Source: Camelus ferus (lineage: Eukaryota). Taken from it: 64,000 nucleotides of DNA. Positions 1-12,890 of this stretch are shown one piece after another. The notes beneath the pieces were generated by a model, which ran no database searches, was not told where the DNA came from, and saw only the letters and a list, made by a program, of their open reading frames with translations. The first letter of the stretch is position 1; the number at the start of each line of letters is the position of its first letter. The stretch covers positions 50,842,001 to 50,906,000 of the forward strand of contig NC_045697.1 in the NCBI RefSeq assembly GCF_009834535.1, in the 5' to 3' direction. A program made the position numbers and the translations under genes.

Positions 1-49
1 TCCAAATACTTAATTACTGTGCTGATTAGAACATAGGACCACAAATTCT

Positions 50-680
50 GTTATACTTTGACCCCAAGAGATGGAGCTTAATTTCCACCTCTTAAGTATG
101 AGATGAATCCAGTGACTTCTTTCGAACAAATAGGGTATGCAAAGGAAAATAGTCACTTTATAGTGGAACAACCTGGCTGATACCACTTTAACCAGATGAC
201 AAGGTTAACTTCCTCAGGAATAAGTAACATTGATACTATGTGCCCCCATATTGTGCAGTAAGCAGGGCCTTTCTGTGATGGTTTTTAAAGCTTATAACAG
301 TCTATTAATGAGAAAACATCAAACAAATCCAAACTGAGAGACTGTCTACAGAATATCTAACCAATACTCACCGGAAGTGTCAAGGCCCAGAAAACTGAGA
401 AACAATCACAGATTGAGGTACCTACAGAGAGATGACAAGTAAATAGAATATGATTCTCGGTGGGATCCTGGAACAGAAGAAGGGTTGTAGTGGGAAAAAA
501 AAAGACTGCAGTTTAGTGTATGGTGTTGTGCTAGTGTTAATGTCTAAGTTTTGATAAATGAACCATGGTTATAAAAAATGCTCACATTAGAGAAGCTGAT
601 TAAAGGGCATATGGGAACACTGTGCAATCTTTGCAACTCCTCCAAAAATCCAAAATTATTTTAGAATAAAAAGTTTTAAA
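50..680 (+). mobile_element. Old L1 (L1MC/L1MD-like) 3' end
   Basis: gagaaaacatcaaacaaatccaaactgagagac...ggatcctggaacagaa...tctttgcaact...aaaattatt...aataaaaagttt are typical L1MC 3'UTR motifs. Confidence 0.7.
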
Positions 681-2354
681 AGTGAATGCCCATAATATAC
701 TATTTGACTATTGTTATGATGAATCAAGATCATTTATAGTTAGACAAAATATATAGATAGCACACGCATGAGGAGATTATATATACTTACTTTTTTTAAG
801 TTTAGGAACTTATATATTTGGAATTAAATTTACTGGGTATACATAGCTGTGATTATTAACACAACATGAATTATCTAGAAAGATGTACCCCTTGGAGGAT
901 ATTTAGCATTTAGTTAAGTTTATTCTAAGTGATAAGAGAGAGAATATAGACAAATGAAAATTGATTTTTCAATTTTTTCAATATTCTATTTAAGTATTAT
1001 CTATGACTGAAAAATGAACCAGACACATTAAAATTACTTAATTATTAAATTTTCTTTTATTCCTAGCTGTTAAGGTGCTGAAGCTTTTATTTCTCCAAAA
1101 ATATTTATATGAATGCAGATATTACTGTTACTTTGGAGTTGCATTAGTCCAAGCTGACAAAAAAATCAGTTAAGGACCCAGAAAATCTAAATTAACAACA
1201 AAGTACAATGCAGTCAACATTGATAGTAGAATGTGTCAGAGAAAAAAAATTAATCTACCTAGAAAATTCAAGTGGAATAATTTTATAAGATCACACAATA
1301 TTGTCTGAGAATCATAGAAACCCAATTTAAAAGACTTAAATTATTTACAAAAAAAATTCAGTTACAAACTTGTGCTTATATTTATATATTTTCAAATATC
1401 AACTTGGATAATTATAAATTACATAAGAAATTTAGAAAAATTTACCCATTTCAATCTTTGTGCAAAATTCAAAATTTTCACTAATTAAAGTTTTATACTT
1501 GTAACCTAATTTTGAATAGTTGTAATTCACTATCACCTCAGGGATAAAAAGCATATATAGTCAAATATTTTAAACTCAAACTGGTAAATTCAATAAGTTA
1601 CATATGTCTTAATTAAAAGTAGTAGAGAAAGAAATCTATCACACTTCTTTTTCTTCAGTCTGAAAGTTCTAGTGGTAAAAGACTCTCAAATGGAAAGGAT
1701 TTTCAGTTTGTAATCTTAACCTGGAGTTTAATTTTTCTTCAAAGTGTGGCAACTGGAGTAGGTTTTATTCAGACTATCTTACTTTTAGCTAGAAATGGTT
1801 TCAAGCAAAAGGAAAAAAATCTTTTCAGTTTTAATACTATAAAACTTTAAGCCTGCTAATGACTACTATTTTTTGGCATGATGTTAGTTTTAACGTATTT
1901 GTTTATTACCTCTAATCAAGCTTACAGTAACCAAGCTAACACTAACCACACTACTATTTCTGAGTCAGATCCTTTCCTACTTTTCCTTATCAGAATGTTT
2001 CTGTAGACAAGAAAAGGAGTTATGCTGAAAAGCAGGACCATGTGTTAGTTTAAAATAGAGTTCACATTCATGGTAACAACTCCAGGTTGTTTTCCATAAT
2101 TATATTTAGATATATTGCTTTTTCTTCACTAAATTTCATGTGTTTTACAAAACAAAAATTTAATAAGTGAGAAAATATTTAATTTTCAGCTCAGAGGGAA
2201 TCTTTTCTGATAGAAAATTGTTTTGTGATCCAATTCTCTGGGCATTAATTTTTTAACTCAAGTATGCAGTTTCATAGATCACATTTTTCAAAAGTTGGTT
2301 TTCTCAAAAGTCTCCATCTTACCTCTAAGAGCAAGATCAGTTAACATCTGCTGT

Positions 2355-2449
2355 GGGGGTAGGGAATAGCTCAATGGTAGAGCACATGCCTATCATGCAT
2401 GAGGTCCTGGATTCAATCCCCAGCACCTCCATCAAAAAAAAAGTAAATA
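2355..2449 (+). mobile_element. Vic-1-type tRNA-derived SINE, 5' part (tail continues at 3061-3150 after an L1 insertion)
   Basis: atagctcaatggtagagcacatgcctatcatgcatgaggtcctggattcaatccccagcacctcc has tRNA A and B boxes. Confidence 0.9.
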
Positions 2450-3060
2450 TATCCGGAGGGAACCTTAATTCAAAAAGACACCTGCACCCCAATGTTCATA
2501 GCATCACCGTTTACAACAGCCAAGATGTGGAAACAACCTAAATGTCCATCAACAGATGACTGGATAAAGAAGTTGTGGTATATTTATATAATGGAATACT
2601 ACTCAGCCATAAAAAATAATAAAATAATGCCATTTGCAGCAGCATGGATGAATCTAGAGAATGTCATTCTAAGTGAAGTAATCCAGAAAGAAAGAAAAAT
2701 AGCACATGATATCACTTACATGTGGAACCTAAAAAAAGAAAGACAACAAACTTATTTACAAAACAGAAACAAACTCAGGAATAGAAAACAAACTTATGGT
2801 TACCAGGGAGTAAAGGAAGTGGGTAGGGATAAATTGGGAGTTTAAGGTTTGCAGACACTAACTACTATATATAAAATAGATAAACAACAGGTTTGTACTG
2901 TATAGCACAGGGAACAATATTCAATATCTTGCAGTAACCTATGGTGAAGAAGAATATGAGAATGAATATATGTGTGTTCCTATGTGACTGAAGCATTGTG
3001 CTGTACACCAGAAATTGACACAACATTATAAACTGTATTTCTATAAAAATATATTTTTTA
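2450..3060 (+). mobile_element. 5'-truncated L1 (ORF2 C-terminal remnant plus 3'UTR), lineage-specific
   Basis: ORF 2492-2845 (MFIAS...KQPKCPSTDDWIKKLWYIYIMEYYSAIK) is the L1 ORF2 C-terminus. TSD aaaagtaaata on both sides. Confidence 0.93.
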
Positions 3061-4169
3061 AAAAGTAAATAAATAATTAAGTAAACCTAATTACCTCTCC
3101 TCTGCAAAAATAAATAAATGAATAAATAAATATATAAAAAAAGAAAAAATAACTGCTCTGATAGTAGATCCACAGGAGATGAGGAGAGTGCGTTAACCAA
3201 ACTTTCAATTTACAAAAAAAAAAAAAATACATATATATATATATCAATGCCTTGTTGATATCTTGATTACCCCTGGAGGGTAAATTCCCTGTCTTAAAAT
3301 TCCCTGGCCTCCCCTTCCTTGGCAATGAAGCATATATAAGAAACAGTGGTTCTAAGAAATTTCAGTGCACTTGGGGTTGATACTCAGGAATATCATTTTC
3401 ATATAATGCATGAAATTATTTAATGTTTATATACTCTTAACATAATAAGAGATTGTTGTCTTTTCCTTATTCAGCATATTTATTGCTGAAAACCACCTGC
3501 TTCCATCAAACTGTGGGATTTGTTGGATACTACATTGAATGTTAACATCCAGAAATGTGGTTTTATGATGTCAGTACACACAGCATTTTTCCCCTTTATA
3601 AATCTTCTCATAAATTTCATAGCAATTGAGTGTACCTGTGTGCGCATGTGTGTGAGTGAGTGTGTGCATGTTGGAGGGTGATATTTAATCGGAACCAAAT
3701 GTCTGAACAGGAATTGAGAAGATCTTAGCCCAGTCACAGATCGACACTTACCTTTCCTTTCTGGATGGCTGTTTTCACCCAGAGTCCAAAAGAGAAAACC
3801 CACTCCAAAGGAGAGTTCTGGGCAGCTCCTTAAATGTAACATTATTGTCTTTTATCTGAGAACTAATTTTTTAGCAATGGAGTCCACACTGAGAATCTGG
3901 TTAACCAGGGTTGCCCACAGATGTTGGGAAATACCATTTTGGTCAGCAGGCAATTTTGGGATTCTCTCATTTGTGGCTTTGTAAGTCAGTTCATTCCAAA
4001 AAAAAAAAAAAAAATATATACAACCTCTCTATAACCATTTAATGCTCTGGTCAGATTAATACCTTATTCTATACAGATAAAAAAGGCTGAGAGGACAGCT
4101 GCTCATCTTTTACGTCTCACAATCTGTAGATCAGAATCTTCGTTCATTGGAATATAAAGTCCTCTAACA

Positions 4170-4800
4170 TTGCTTCTATAGCTTATTTTAAAAATCCTTC
4201 TCTAACTCAAGGTCAGAAATACATTTATATTTTCTTCTAAAAGTTTCAAAGATTGCATTTGGCATTTTTTTTTGTGAATGCTGTGAGGTGAGGAGTCACT
4301 TTTGTTTTAAACAAATAGATAACTTTTTTCATCTTCCTTTCCTCACTGGTGTACAAAGCTGTCTTTGTAATGTGTCCGTGTTCCATATTTATAGGTCTCA
4401 ATTTCTGAGTTCTCTTCTCTGTTCTATTGATCTATTTGTCTCTCACTGTATTTGTCAATACCACACTGTCTTAATTATTATAAATCTGTGATAATTCTGA
4501 GACTCCGTTTAGCAAGTCTCCCCTCTTTATTCTTTTTTTAAAAAAATAAGGGTCTTGGCTATCCTCGGCCCTTTTCCATTATCAATTTTAGATTCAACTT
4601 GTCAAGTTCCATGGAAATCACAATTAAAAGTTTGGTTGAATTGTAAATCAACTATACTTCAATAAAAAATTAATAAATTTCAAAAAATTTTGGTTGAGAC
4701 ATCTTCAAACCTATAAATCAATTTGAGGAAAGCATATCTTTAGGATTTGAAATCTTTTATATCACTTAGGATTATATCTTTAAAATAATTACCATTTATT
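4170..4800 (-). mobile_element. Old L1M fragment
   Basis: ttctctgttctattgatctatttgtc...caataccacactgtcttaattatt is an antisense L1 ORF2 motif. Confidence 0.65.
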
Positions 4801-5162
4801 GATTGCTTTGTATGGGTCATTGTATCATGTTACATAATTTTTATAATAACTCTATGTTGTAGACAATATATATAATTTTCAAGAGTGAAGAATTCTTGGA
4901 TGATTTGCCCCAACCCACAAGGCTAAGCAGTGCATGAACAGGGATTCACTACTATGTCAATCTTGATCCAGGCTCATGCTTTTAACAATTTTTCAATACA
5001 CCTTTTCCACATTTTGTGAGAACTTCTAGCTAAGACCTTTATTATGAAGTGTGGCAGTGGAAGTTTCCCTGGAAAGAAGAAATATGCACTATCCCCTCTA
5101 ACTACCGTGAGAACATAGCATTGCTTCGCTAAAGTATTTTTTACTGATTTTTAAATACGGTC

Positions 5163-5612
5163 TGTATTCTTTTGCTAAGACTTCTGTAACTAAGTACCAT
5201 AAACTGGGTGACTTAATTTGTTGCCTCACAGTTCCAGTGGTTAGAAGTACAAGATCAAGGTGTCAGCAATATTTGTTCCTTCTGAGGGCTATGAGAGAGG
5301 ATCTGTTCCATAATTTTTGCTTAGATTTTGACAGTTTGACATTTTTTGGCTTGTGGAAGCAACACCTCCATTTCTTCCTTCATGTTCACTTGGCATTTCT
5401 CCCATGTGTATCTCTGTTTCTCTGTCCAAATTTTCCCCTTTTATAGGGATACCAGTTACATTGGATTAAGTGCCACCTTACTCCAGTATGACCTTATCTT
5501 AACTAATTATGTTTGTAGGGACCCTGTATCCAAATGAGTTCATACTCTGAGGTATTCGAGGTTAGGACTTCAATATATGGATTGGGAAGGAATGGCCACA
5601 ATTCAACCCATT
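5163..5612 (-). mobile_element. MaLR solo LTR (MLT1-like)
   Basis: ctgtaactaagtaccataaactgggtgactt...cacagttc...aagatcaaggtgtcagca...gttaggacttcaatatatg...cacaattcaacccat. Confidence 0.85.
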
Positions 5613-7049
5613 TTGTTGTCCTTGTAGAAAATTGGTGCTACTTAGAAAAAAAGTTTTGAAAGTAAATATAACTGTAAAATTATGCTAATTATTATATTTT
5701 TCACAAGTGGAAGAAGGCAGTGGCAAATTATCAATAAATAGAGCAATCACTGGGGAAAAGTTTTAAAGAAGTCAGTGTTGAACAATTATTTCCTATGAAG
5801 TCACTCATTATACCTCAATCCTTGTCCTCTAAGTGATGTATGAGACCAGGAAAGGCCCATGAGTCAAAAGGAGAAGCTTTCTTCTCTACACTCCAGTCAT
5901 GCTGTTTATTTGTATCTGTACCTTCTGAGTCTCAAAGAGCTTTCATACAAATGACTGTTCATCCTTGTATCCTAGCACCCGGCACAGTGCTCAGTATCAA
6001 GTGCTCAATGAATATCACTTCTTTCCTCTCACCAAGAGCACCCTAAGAAGACTGCATGAACGAATTTGAAGTGTGCTAACCTCAGCCACCCAGACTCCAC
6101 TTACCACTTGGAGAAGTGAAGTGGTGAGGACAATAGAAACCTATACTATTTGAGTTAGATAAAACACAGTTTATCAACAAAATGTTACATGCCACCATTG
6201 TTTCTAACCATCTATTGACAGGTTTCTTTTTTGGGAGAAAGGGGGATTAAGGTGAAAAAATTTCTTCCAGTAGATAAATGTACACACACACACATCTCTA
6301 TCTACCTATCTATCTATCTGTCTTCAAGACACTAGCCAAGTGGAGTCTCTGATAATAAATACATGTTGTTGTATCTGGGTCAACCCTTCAGGGAGAGCGG
6401 AACAATCAGTTAATCAACTAAAAGAAAAGATACTCGGTTTGCTAAGGTTAGCTTAATTGATCCATAAGGCATATTTTTAAAAGTTTTTAGCAATATTTTC
6501 TATTTGTGATCACTTTCATTGTTCTTACCTTCACTCGCTCTCTGATATCCAAGTATTTAAAAGTTATTACACAGCCGTTATCCAAATCTAACATCTAGGT
6601 GATTAAGCTGTGTCAAAAGAAGGAGATAAAGAAATCATAGTGAAGGAAACAGTGCAGACCTGGCTTAACTAGGGTGAAGATGCCAACACGATGACTTGGA
6701 GACACATCTCACATACATGCCACAAATGACAAGACTTCCCAGAAAATTCATAAGAAGTAGAACTGTCCTTTCAACTAATTCTATTAGCCTACTCAGGAGC
6801 ACATCTTCTCTTTGATAGTTTTTGGCCAATCAACTTACTTTAAGGGGAAAAAAAAGGAGAAAACAACAAGAGTTTGTTGACTGCAGTTACTCCGCATCCT
6901 TACCTAGACATTGGAATTGTCTGTCTTTTTAATTTTAGCCGTTCTGATGGCTGGGCTCATTGTTCACCTGCACAGTTGTGTTGGTACTTAGATGGATCTC
7001 CAGTTGCTTAGTTTCTGAATCTTTGTATTTCAGAGAATTATTGTTATTT

Positions 7050-7178
7050 TTGTTCTTTTTCTTTTTTCTTCTTCTTCTTTTTTTTTTTTTTTTTTTTTTT
7101 AGTGGAGGTATTGGAGATTGAATCCAGGACTTCATGTATGTAAGCATGCACTCTTCCACTGAGCTACACCCTCCTCCC
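7050..7178 (-). mobile_element. Vic-1-type SINE with long T/CT tail
   Basis: ggaggtattggagattgaatccaggac...taagcatgcactcttccactgagctacaccctcc. Confidence 0.9.
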
Positions 7179-8486
7179 AACTGCTATTGATTTTCATTCT
7201 ACTCCTCTATTAAGTTCCACTTGCCCTTTGGGCCAGAACTGTTGTTAATTTTGCGTCTTTCTGGAATAGAATATTAGTTATCTTCCATTCTTCCTCCAAT
7301 TTCCTTGCCATCACTGATGAATAAGGGGACTACTTCCTAAAGTAGCACTTTGGTTATGGATCAGTGATGCAAATTTTAGCAACTCCAGTCACCTGAGTAT
7401 GTTCTCTGGAAATGATCTGCTAGGATAATTCCTTGCACTTAGCCAGGGCTACCACACATAGGGTGGCAGAAATGCTGTATTTTCTTACTCGTTTGCTCTG
7501 AGGCTTATCAAGATAAGAGGCTCATCCAGGTGGTTGTCGATTCTGTTGACTTTGTAATGATGGGTAGCTTCCCTCTTTTCTCCTTTCTCCCCAGGCCCTA
7601 CAAAATTTGTGTTATTCCAGAGTGTAGAATTTAGTCATATGTTCACTAAATGCACCCAGCTTTGTTTCCAGAAGGACCCAAATTTATTTTTTTTTCAAAA
7701 ACATCAGATATCAATAAAACCTTTACTTGGAAGATATTAAAATCCCCTGCATTTAAATTTTTTTTCTCCAGGATTGAAAGATGCTCAGAAATAGGTTCCC
7801 GAAATCTTCAACTATCCTAGTTTTGCTTTTTCTTATCATCCAACTGATTCCTAATTCTGTACGCCTTGATTTCAGACTGACAAATGCAAATTCTGCATTT
7901 TAGCCGGAGTCAGCAAAAAAGAATTCCAGCAAAAGAGGAAGTGTAGGTGTTCCTCATGGTTGTATAACTTGTTTTCAGGACCGCAAGGCAATAACATGTA
8001 CTAATAATCAAATCATTGCAGACTAAGTTCTGTTCTGTTCCAACAATTTTTTACCCACAATCAGCTTTATTACTGCAGTAAACACAGGCTGCATACTCGT
8101 AAAAGGTTCAAGCCACGAGACAGGAAGGTTTATTTTAGCAGGCTGACACATGTCACTATTCGCAAGCAAGAGACAAATGATTTGCAACTTTCAGATTTCC
8201 ATTTCTTCAGATTATTTTCTCAAGAATGAGTTACTACATGATTATTAACAACCCTCCCAACTCTGCATTTTCATGATTCAGTGCTTGACAAACCCTAAAG
8301 AATGCGAACATATGTTTTGTTTATTCTATATATTTTATAGTCTTCACAACTTTTGGCATAAGTCATGGGTTCTTAATGTATTTCATGTTAGTTTTTGTTT
8401 TTTAGAAAATAATTATTTAGACTTAACATCTGCAGAATTAGAGACTGAAAATTCTCTTTAAAAATAACATTTAAAGCCCTTATACA

Positions 8487-8615
8487 TTTTGTGTGTGTAT
8501 TGTGGGGGTAACTTATGTATTTTATTTATTTACTTTTAGACGAGGTACTGGGGATTGAACCCAGGACCTCATGCATCCTAAGCACAGACTCTACCACTGA
8601 GCTATCCCCTCCTCC
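8487..8615 (-). mobile_element. Vic-1-type SINE
   Basis: gaggtactggggattgaacccaggacctc...ctctaccactgagctatcccctcc. Confidence 0.9.
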
Positions 8616-9011
8616 AGAGTTAATACTTCTTAAAGTGATCTCGTAAGACAAAGAATATCAGTAGATAATCACCACCACAATCATCACCACAACAATAACG
8701 GTAAAATAAGATCTTGACCTGTCTACAATACATTAGCATTGCTAGTAGTTTCACGAATTCCTAGTGAAAATCCATCATAATTATTTCCAGTACTTTTCCA
8801 TAGATACTAGTTATAGATTGTTGAGTATGATTATGCTGTAGTTAAACAAAATACTAATCCTTTCAGTTGATAAAAATATAATGTTCTCAGAGAGTGGAGA
8901 TGAGAGAGAGAAAGAGAAAGAGAGGAAAATGTATTGAAAACAAAATATTTTATTTACCAGAATTCCCCATAAAAGTAAAATTATAATTTTTTTCTTTTTT
9001 TTAATATGGCA

Positions 9012-9075
9012 TTCTTTTTTATTGAAGTATAGTCAGCTTACAATGTTGTGTCAATTCCTGGTGTACAGCATAATA
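9012..9075 (-). mobile_element. Very short L1 3' terminus
   Basis: tttattgaagtatagtcagcttacaatgttgtgtcaattcctggtgtacagcat. Flanking direct repeat aaaatt(a/g)taattttt. Confidence 0.75.
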
Positions 9076-10929
9076 AAATTGTAATTTTTGACAAAAATAC
9101 TGTAATGGGCAAATAGGAGAATAGGCGAGTTTTCCAAAGCGTGCTAAATGTGAGTAGAATTATTACGTGTGAGAAAGCAGAAAAACTTGGGAAAAGAGAG
9201 GAAGAGAAAGAGAGTAGAATAAATGAATCAGAGATGTAGAGGACCATTGATTGTCAGCGGGCCCCTTTCCTCCCTAACTCGTATGATGACAAGTTTCTAA
9301 ATGAACAGACAGCATGGACTTTGGGGCATGTGTTTGGGGATATTACCTGTTGAGGATTTGGGATTGGAGCGCTGATGATCACAGCAGAATAAGGAAGTTC
9401 TAGAATCTCACTGGATACGTGCAACAGATTCTGGACTGTAACAAAGCCTTGGACATTGCACTTAGGTCAAGTTTAACCAGATCCTCAAGGGCAGGAGGGC
9501 TCCAGCTAACATCTAGGTTATAAAGATAATGGCTACAGTACTGCATCCTTACTCAGAAATGGTGGTTGTCTACGAGGATTTAAAGTCGCACAGCATTTGT
9601 CAACATCTATGGGAAACAGCACATCTGACTGCACTTACTTCCAGTAATAGTACCTGTGATGACTTTCTACCCAGTACTTTTTAAGGAAAAGAACTGCATC
9701 TTACTCACTCAGATACATTACCTGAAGTTTCCAGCACAGAGATTAGTAGATGTTTGCTACTGAATTCTTGTGAAATTGGTTGAGTGACCTGACAAGATCT
9801 TGTAATATAATGGAGAGACAGGATTGGTGTGGGGACCAGAAAGCCTAAGTTCAAACTTTGGCTTGAATTAAACTTAAGCAAGTTTCCTAGATTTTCTGAG
9901 TTTTAGTCTTACCGATTTCAAAATGAGATAATATTTCCTTTCTCAAAGTGTACTAGAGTGAAAGACTGTAAAAGCATAAATGCAATGTACGCGTTTAATT
10001 TATACTTTTTTTAATTGCCAGACCTTCAAAGGATGTAAGCCTTTTACATTAAAATTCAGTAGGGTAAGGACTGTCTTTCTTCTATTTAGAGCAATATTTT
10101 TGCTTAATTTTGCATGTACCATGGACCCCTGTGAAAAGAGAGTCCATGAAACATTTATGTGAAGTTTCGGTTATAGTTTTTAGTATGTCTATATACAACT
10201 TTTAGTGGCAATGCTGTCTCTGAATGGTGAAATAACTACAAAGGCAGATAGTTCTTTTTCTGTGTAAAATGAAACACAAGAATTGCTACCCTTCAGAAGA
10301 GCAAATAGTTATGCTGAAAGTAAGGAAACATTTCATTAAAAGTGTCTTTGTCGCTAACTCTTTGTAGTAATATAGTGTTTGCATAAAATATCTGGTATTA
10401 TTTGCTTACCATTTTCACAGAAGTTCGGAATTCAGAAACAACTTCATGGTTACTATCAGTAGTATACCCCTCAGTGGCTGGGACCGCCCTAAGCTTCTAG
10501 GGGAAAAACAAGGATAGAAGTTGCTCAGCATTGCGGAATCTTGGGAAGTTTTAAAGACCTCGTGATGATTGTTGCAACATGGAGTTAAGAAATGGTACAT
10601 TCTAAGCCCAAATCAAAACTGTAAAGTTTTTCAAATATTTATATAGGTTAAAATCTTTTTACTATGGCAGTTTTTTTTCCTATACTCTCTTCCATACAGT
10701 AAGAGTCCACATCATTGATTCCTGGCAGGGGGATTTCAGGAGAGGAAAAGAAAATTGAGCCTCTTCAGAGAGCTTAGTTAGTAATTGTGTATTTTTCTTA
10801 TGAGTCTTTTGTCCTTCCCTGTAGATAAAGCAAACACCCATGAGCAAGAGAACAGTCCCCATGTGGGTCTAGGAATTCCTTGCATTTTGACTCTCAAGAT
10901 TTTGCTGCCTCATAAAAATATATTTTTCT

Positions 10930-12160
10930 TAAAGTTAAACATTAGGTAATATAAATCCTACAGATCAATTGGGGAAAGATCTAATATTACAAGTTTTAAC
11001 ACATATGATACCAAAAGCACAAGCAACAAAATAAAAGAATAGGTAAATTGGACTTCATCAAAATTAAACAGTTTTGTGCAGCAAAGGACACTATCAACAG
11101 TGAAAAGGCAGCCCACGGAATTGGGAGAAAATATTTGCAAGTTATACATCTGATAAGGGGTTAATACCTGTAATGTATTCAGAACTCCTACAACTCAACA
11201 ACAACAACAACAGAAACAAACATTCAATTAAAAAATGGGCAAAGTACTCAGATAGACGTTTCTCCAAAGAAAATACACAGATAGCCAGTAAGCACATGTA
11301 AAGATGCTCAGCATCACTAGTCATTAGGGAAATGCAAATCAAACCCAGCTTGAGAAACTATTTTACATCCATGAAGACATCTATTGAAAGGAAGAAAGGA
11401 AGAAAGAAGAGAGGGGGAAGGAGAGAGAAAGGAAGGAAGGAAAGGAGAGAGAGAGGAAAAGAAATTAAGTATTGGTGAGAATGTGAAGACACTGAAATCA
11501 TGGGCATTGCTGGTGGAAAGATAAAACGATGCAGCTGCAGATGAAAACAATATGGTGTTTCCTCAAAAAAATAAAAATGCCACAACTTCCAGCAATTCCA
11601 CTTCTGGATATATTCCCCAAGAATTAAAAACAGGGACTTGAGCAGATATTTGTACACCAGTTTTCATAGCATTATTCACAATTCACATTCATAACATTAT
11701 TCACAGTAGCCAAAAGGAAGAAAAACCCAAATGTCCATCAATAGGTAAATGGTTAAACAAAATGTGCATACATACAATGGAAAGTTATTCTTAAAAAGGA
11801 AGAAATTCTGACACATGGTACAATAGGGATGAACCTTGAAGACATGATGCAAAGTCACATAAGCCAGTCACAAAATGACAAATGTTTTGTGATTCCACTG
11901 ATAATAGGCTTCTAGAGTCATCAAATTCATAGCTACAGAAAAATTAAATGCTGGGTGCCAGAGACTGGAGGAGAAGGAGGAATGAGGAGAAATTGTCTAA
12001 TGGGCACATAGTATCAATTTGGGAAAATGAAAAAGTTCTAGAGATACAGTTTCATGATGGTTTCACAACACTATGAGTATACTTAATGTCAGTGAACTGT
12101 AAGCTTAAAAATTGTTAAGATGGTATATTTTGTTATGTATATTTTATCACAATAAAAAAT
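10930..12160 (+). mobile_element. L1 (L1MA/MB-like) 3' portion with internal GA-rich microsatellite
   Basis: ttggacttcatcaaaatt...aaggacactatcaacagtgaaaaggcagcccacggaattgggagaaaatatttgcaa...aacccaaatgtccatcaa, ending at tatcacaataaaaaa. Confidence 0.92.
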
Positions 12161-12730
12161 AAGTTTTTAACACAATAGGGAATACAGGTGACCCTTAAAA
12201 AATAGACAGACAGATGATTATATTTAGATAAATTTATAAACAGATACAGACAGATGGAAGATTTTTAGAATTATATACAAATTTCCTAACTTGAAGGGAG
12301 AAAAAGGAGGCAAAGAAACAGAGCAGGCTTGAATTCAGACTTACGTTTCATAAGTTGAGAATCCAGTAGAGCTTATCCAAATTCCGTTAACTATTCCTCC
12401 CCTATGTCTACTCAACATACACTGCCAGACTACCTCTGTCTTGAGCTGCCATATTTCTTGTTTTATAGGCCTTAAAAACATCCAAAGGTTATGTTAGAAT
12501 TGAACTGGAGGACATTCTGAACTGTCAGAGGCGGACATATTTCAAGGGGCAAGTTAAGGAGGTACTGGAAATTCAATCTCAGTTATTATATCTAAAGAAC
12601 AAGTGAGGAAATGTCTTTAGGAGGAAAAAGAAATGGCCAGAAGCTGAGAATGTCAATGCAGAGAGCAAGGCAAGAAAACATGCGGTTCAAGAAAAGTGGT
12701 TTGGTGCTTATATACATATATATATGTATA

Positions 12731-12890
12731 TTTATTGAAGTATGGTCAATTTACAATGTTATGTTAGTTTCTGATGTATAGCATAGTGATTCAGTTATAC
12801 ATGTATATATATTCCTTTTCATATTCTTTTTTTAATCATAGGTTATTACAAGATATTACTATTCAATATCTTGTAATAACCTATAATGGT
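12731..12890 (-). mobile_element. Short L1 3' end with 5' fold-back inversion
   Basis: tttattgaagtatggtcaatttacaatgtt...; 20-bp perfect inverted repeat at 12838-12884; TSD-like tggt(g/a)cttatata. Confidence 0.8.

Noticed and set aside
2355..2430. tRNA-Ala-like sequence (also at ~7.1, 8.5, 13.9, 16.7, 48.5 and 58.1 kb)
   Set aside because: Degenerate stems, SINE tails and TSDs show these are SINE heads, not tRNA genes.
2492..2845. 117-aa ORF
   Set aside because: Frameshifted C-terminal remnant of L1 ORF2 in a truncated element, not a host gene.
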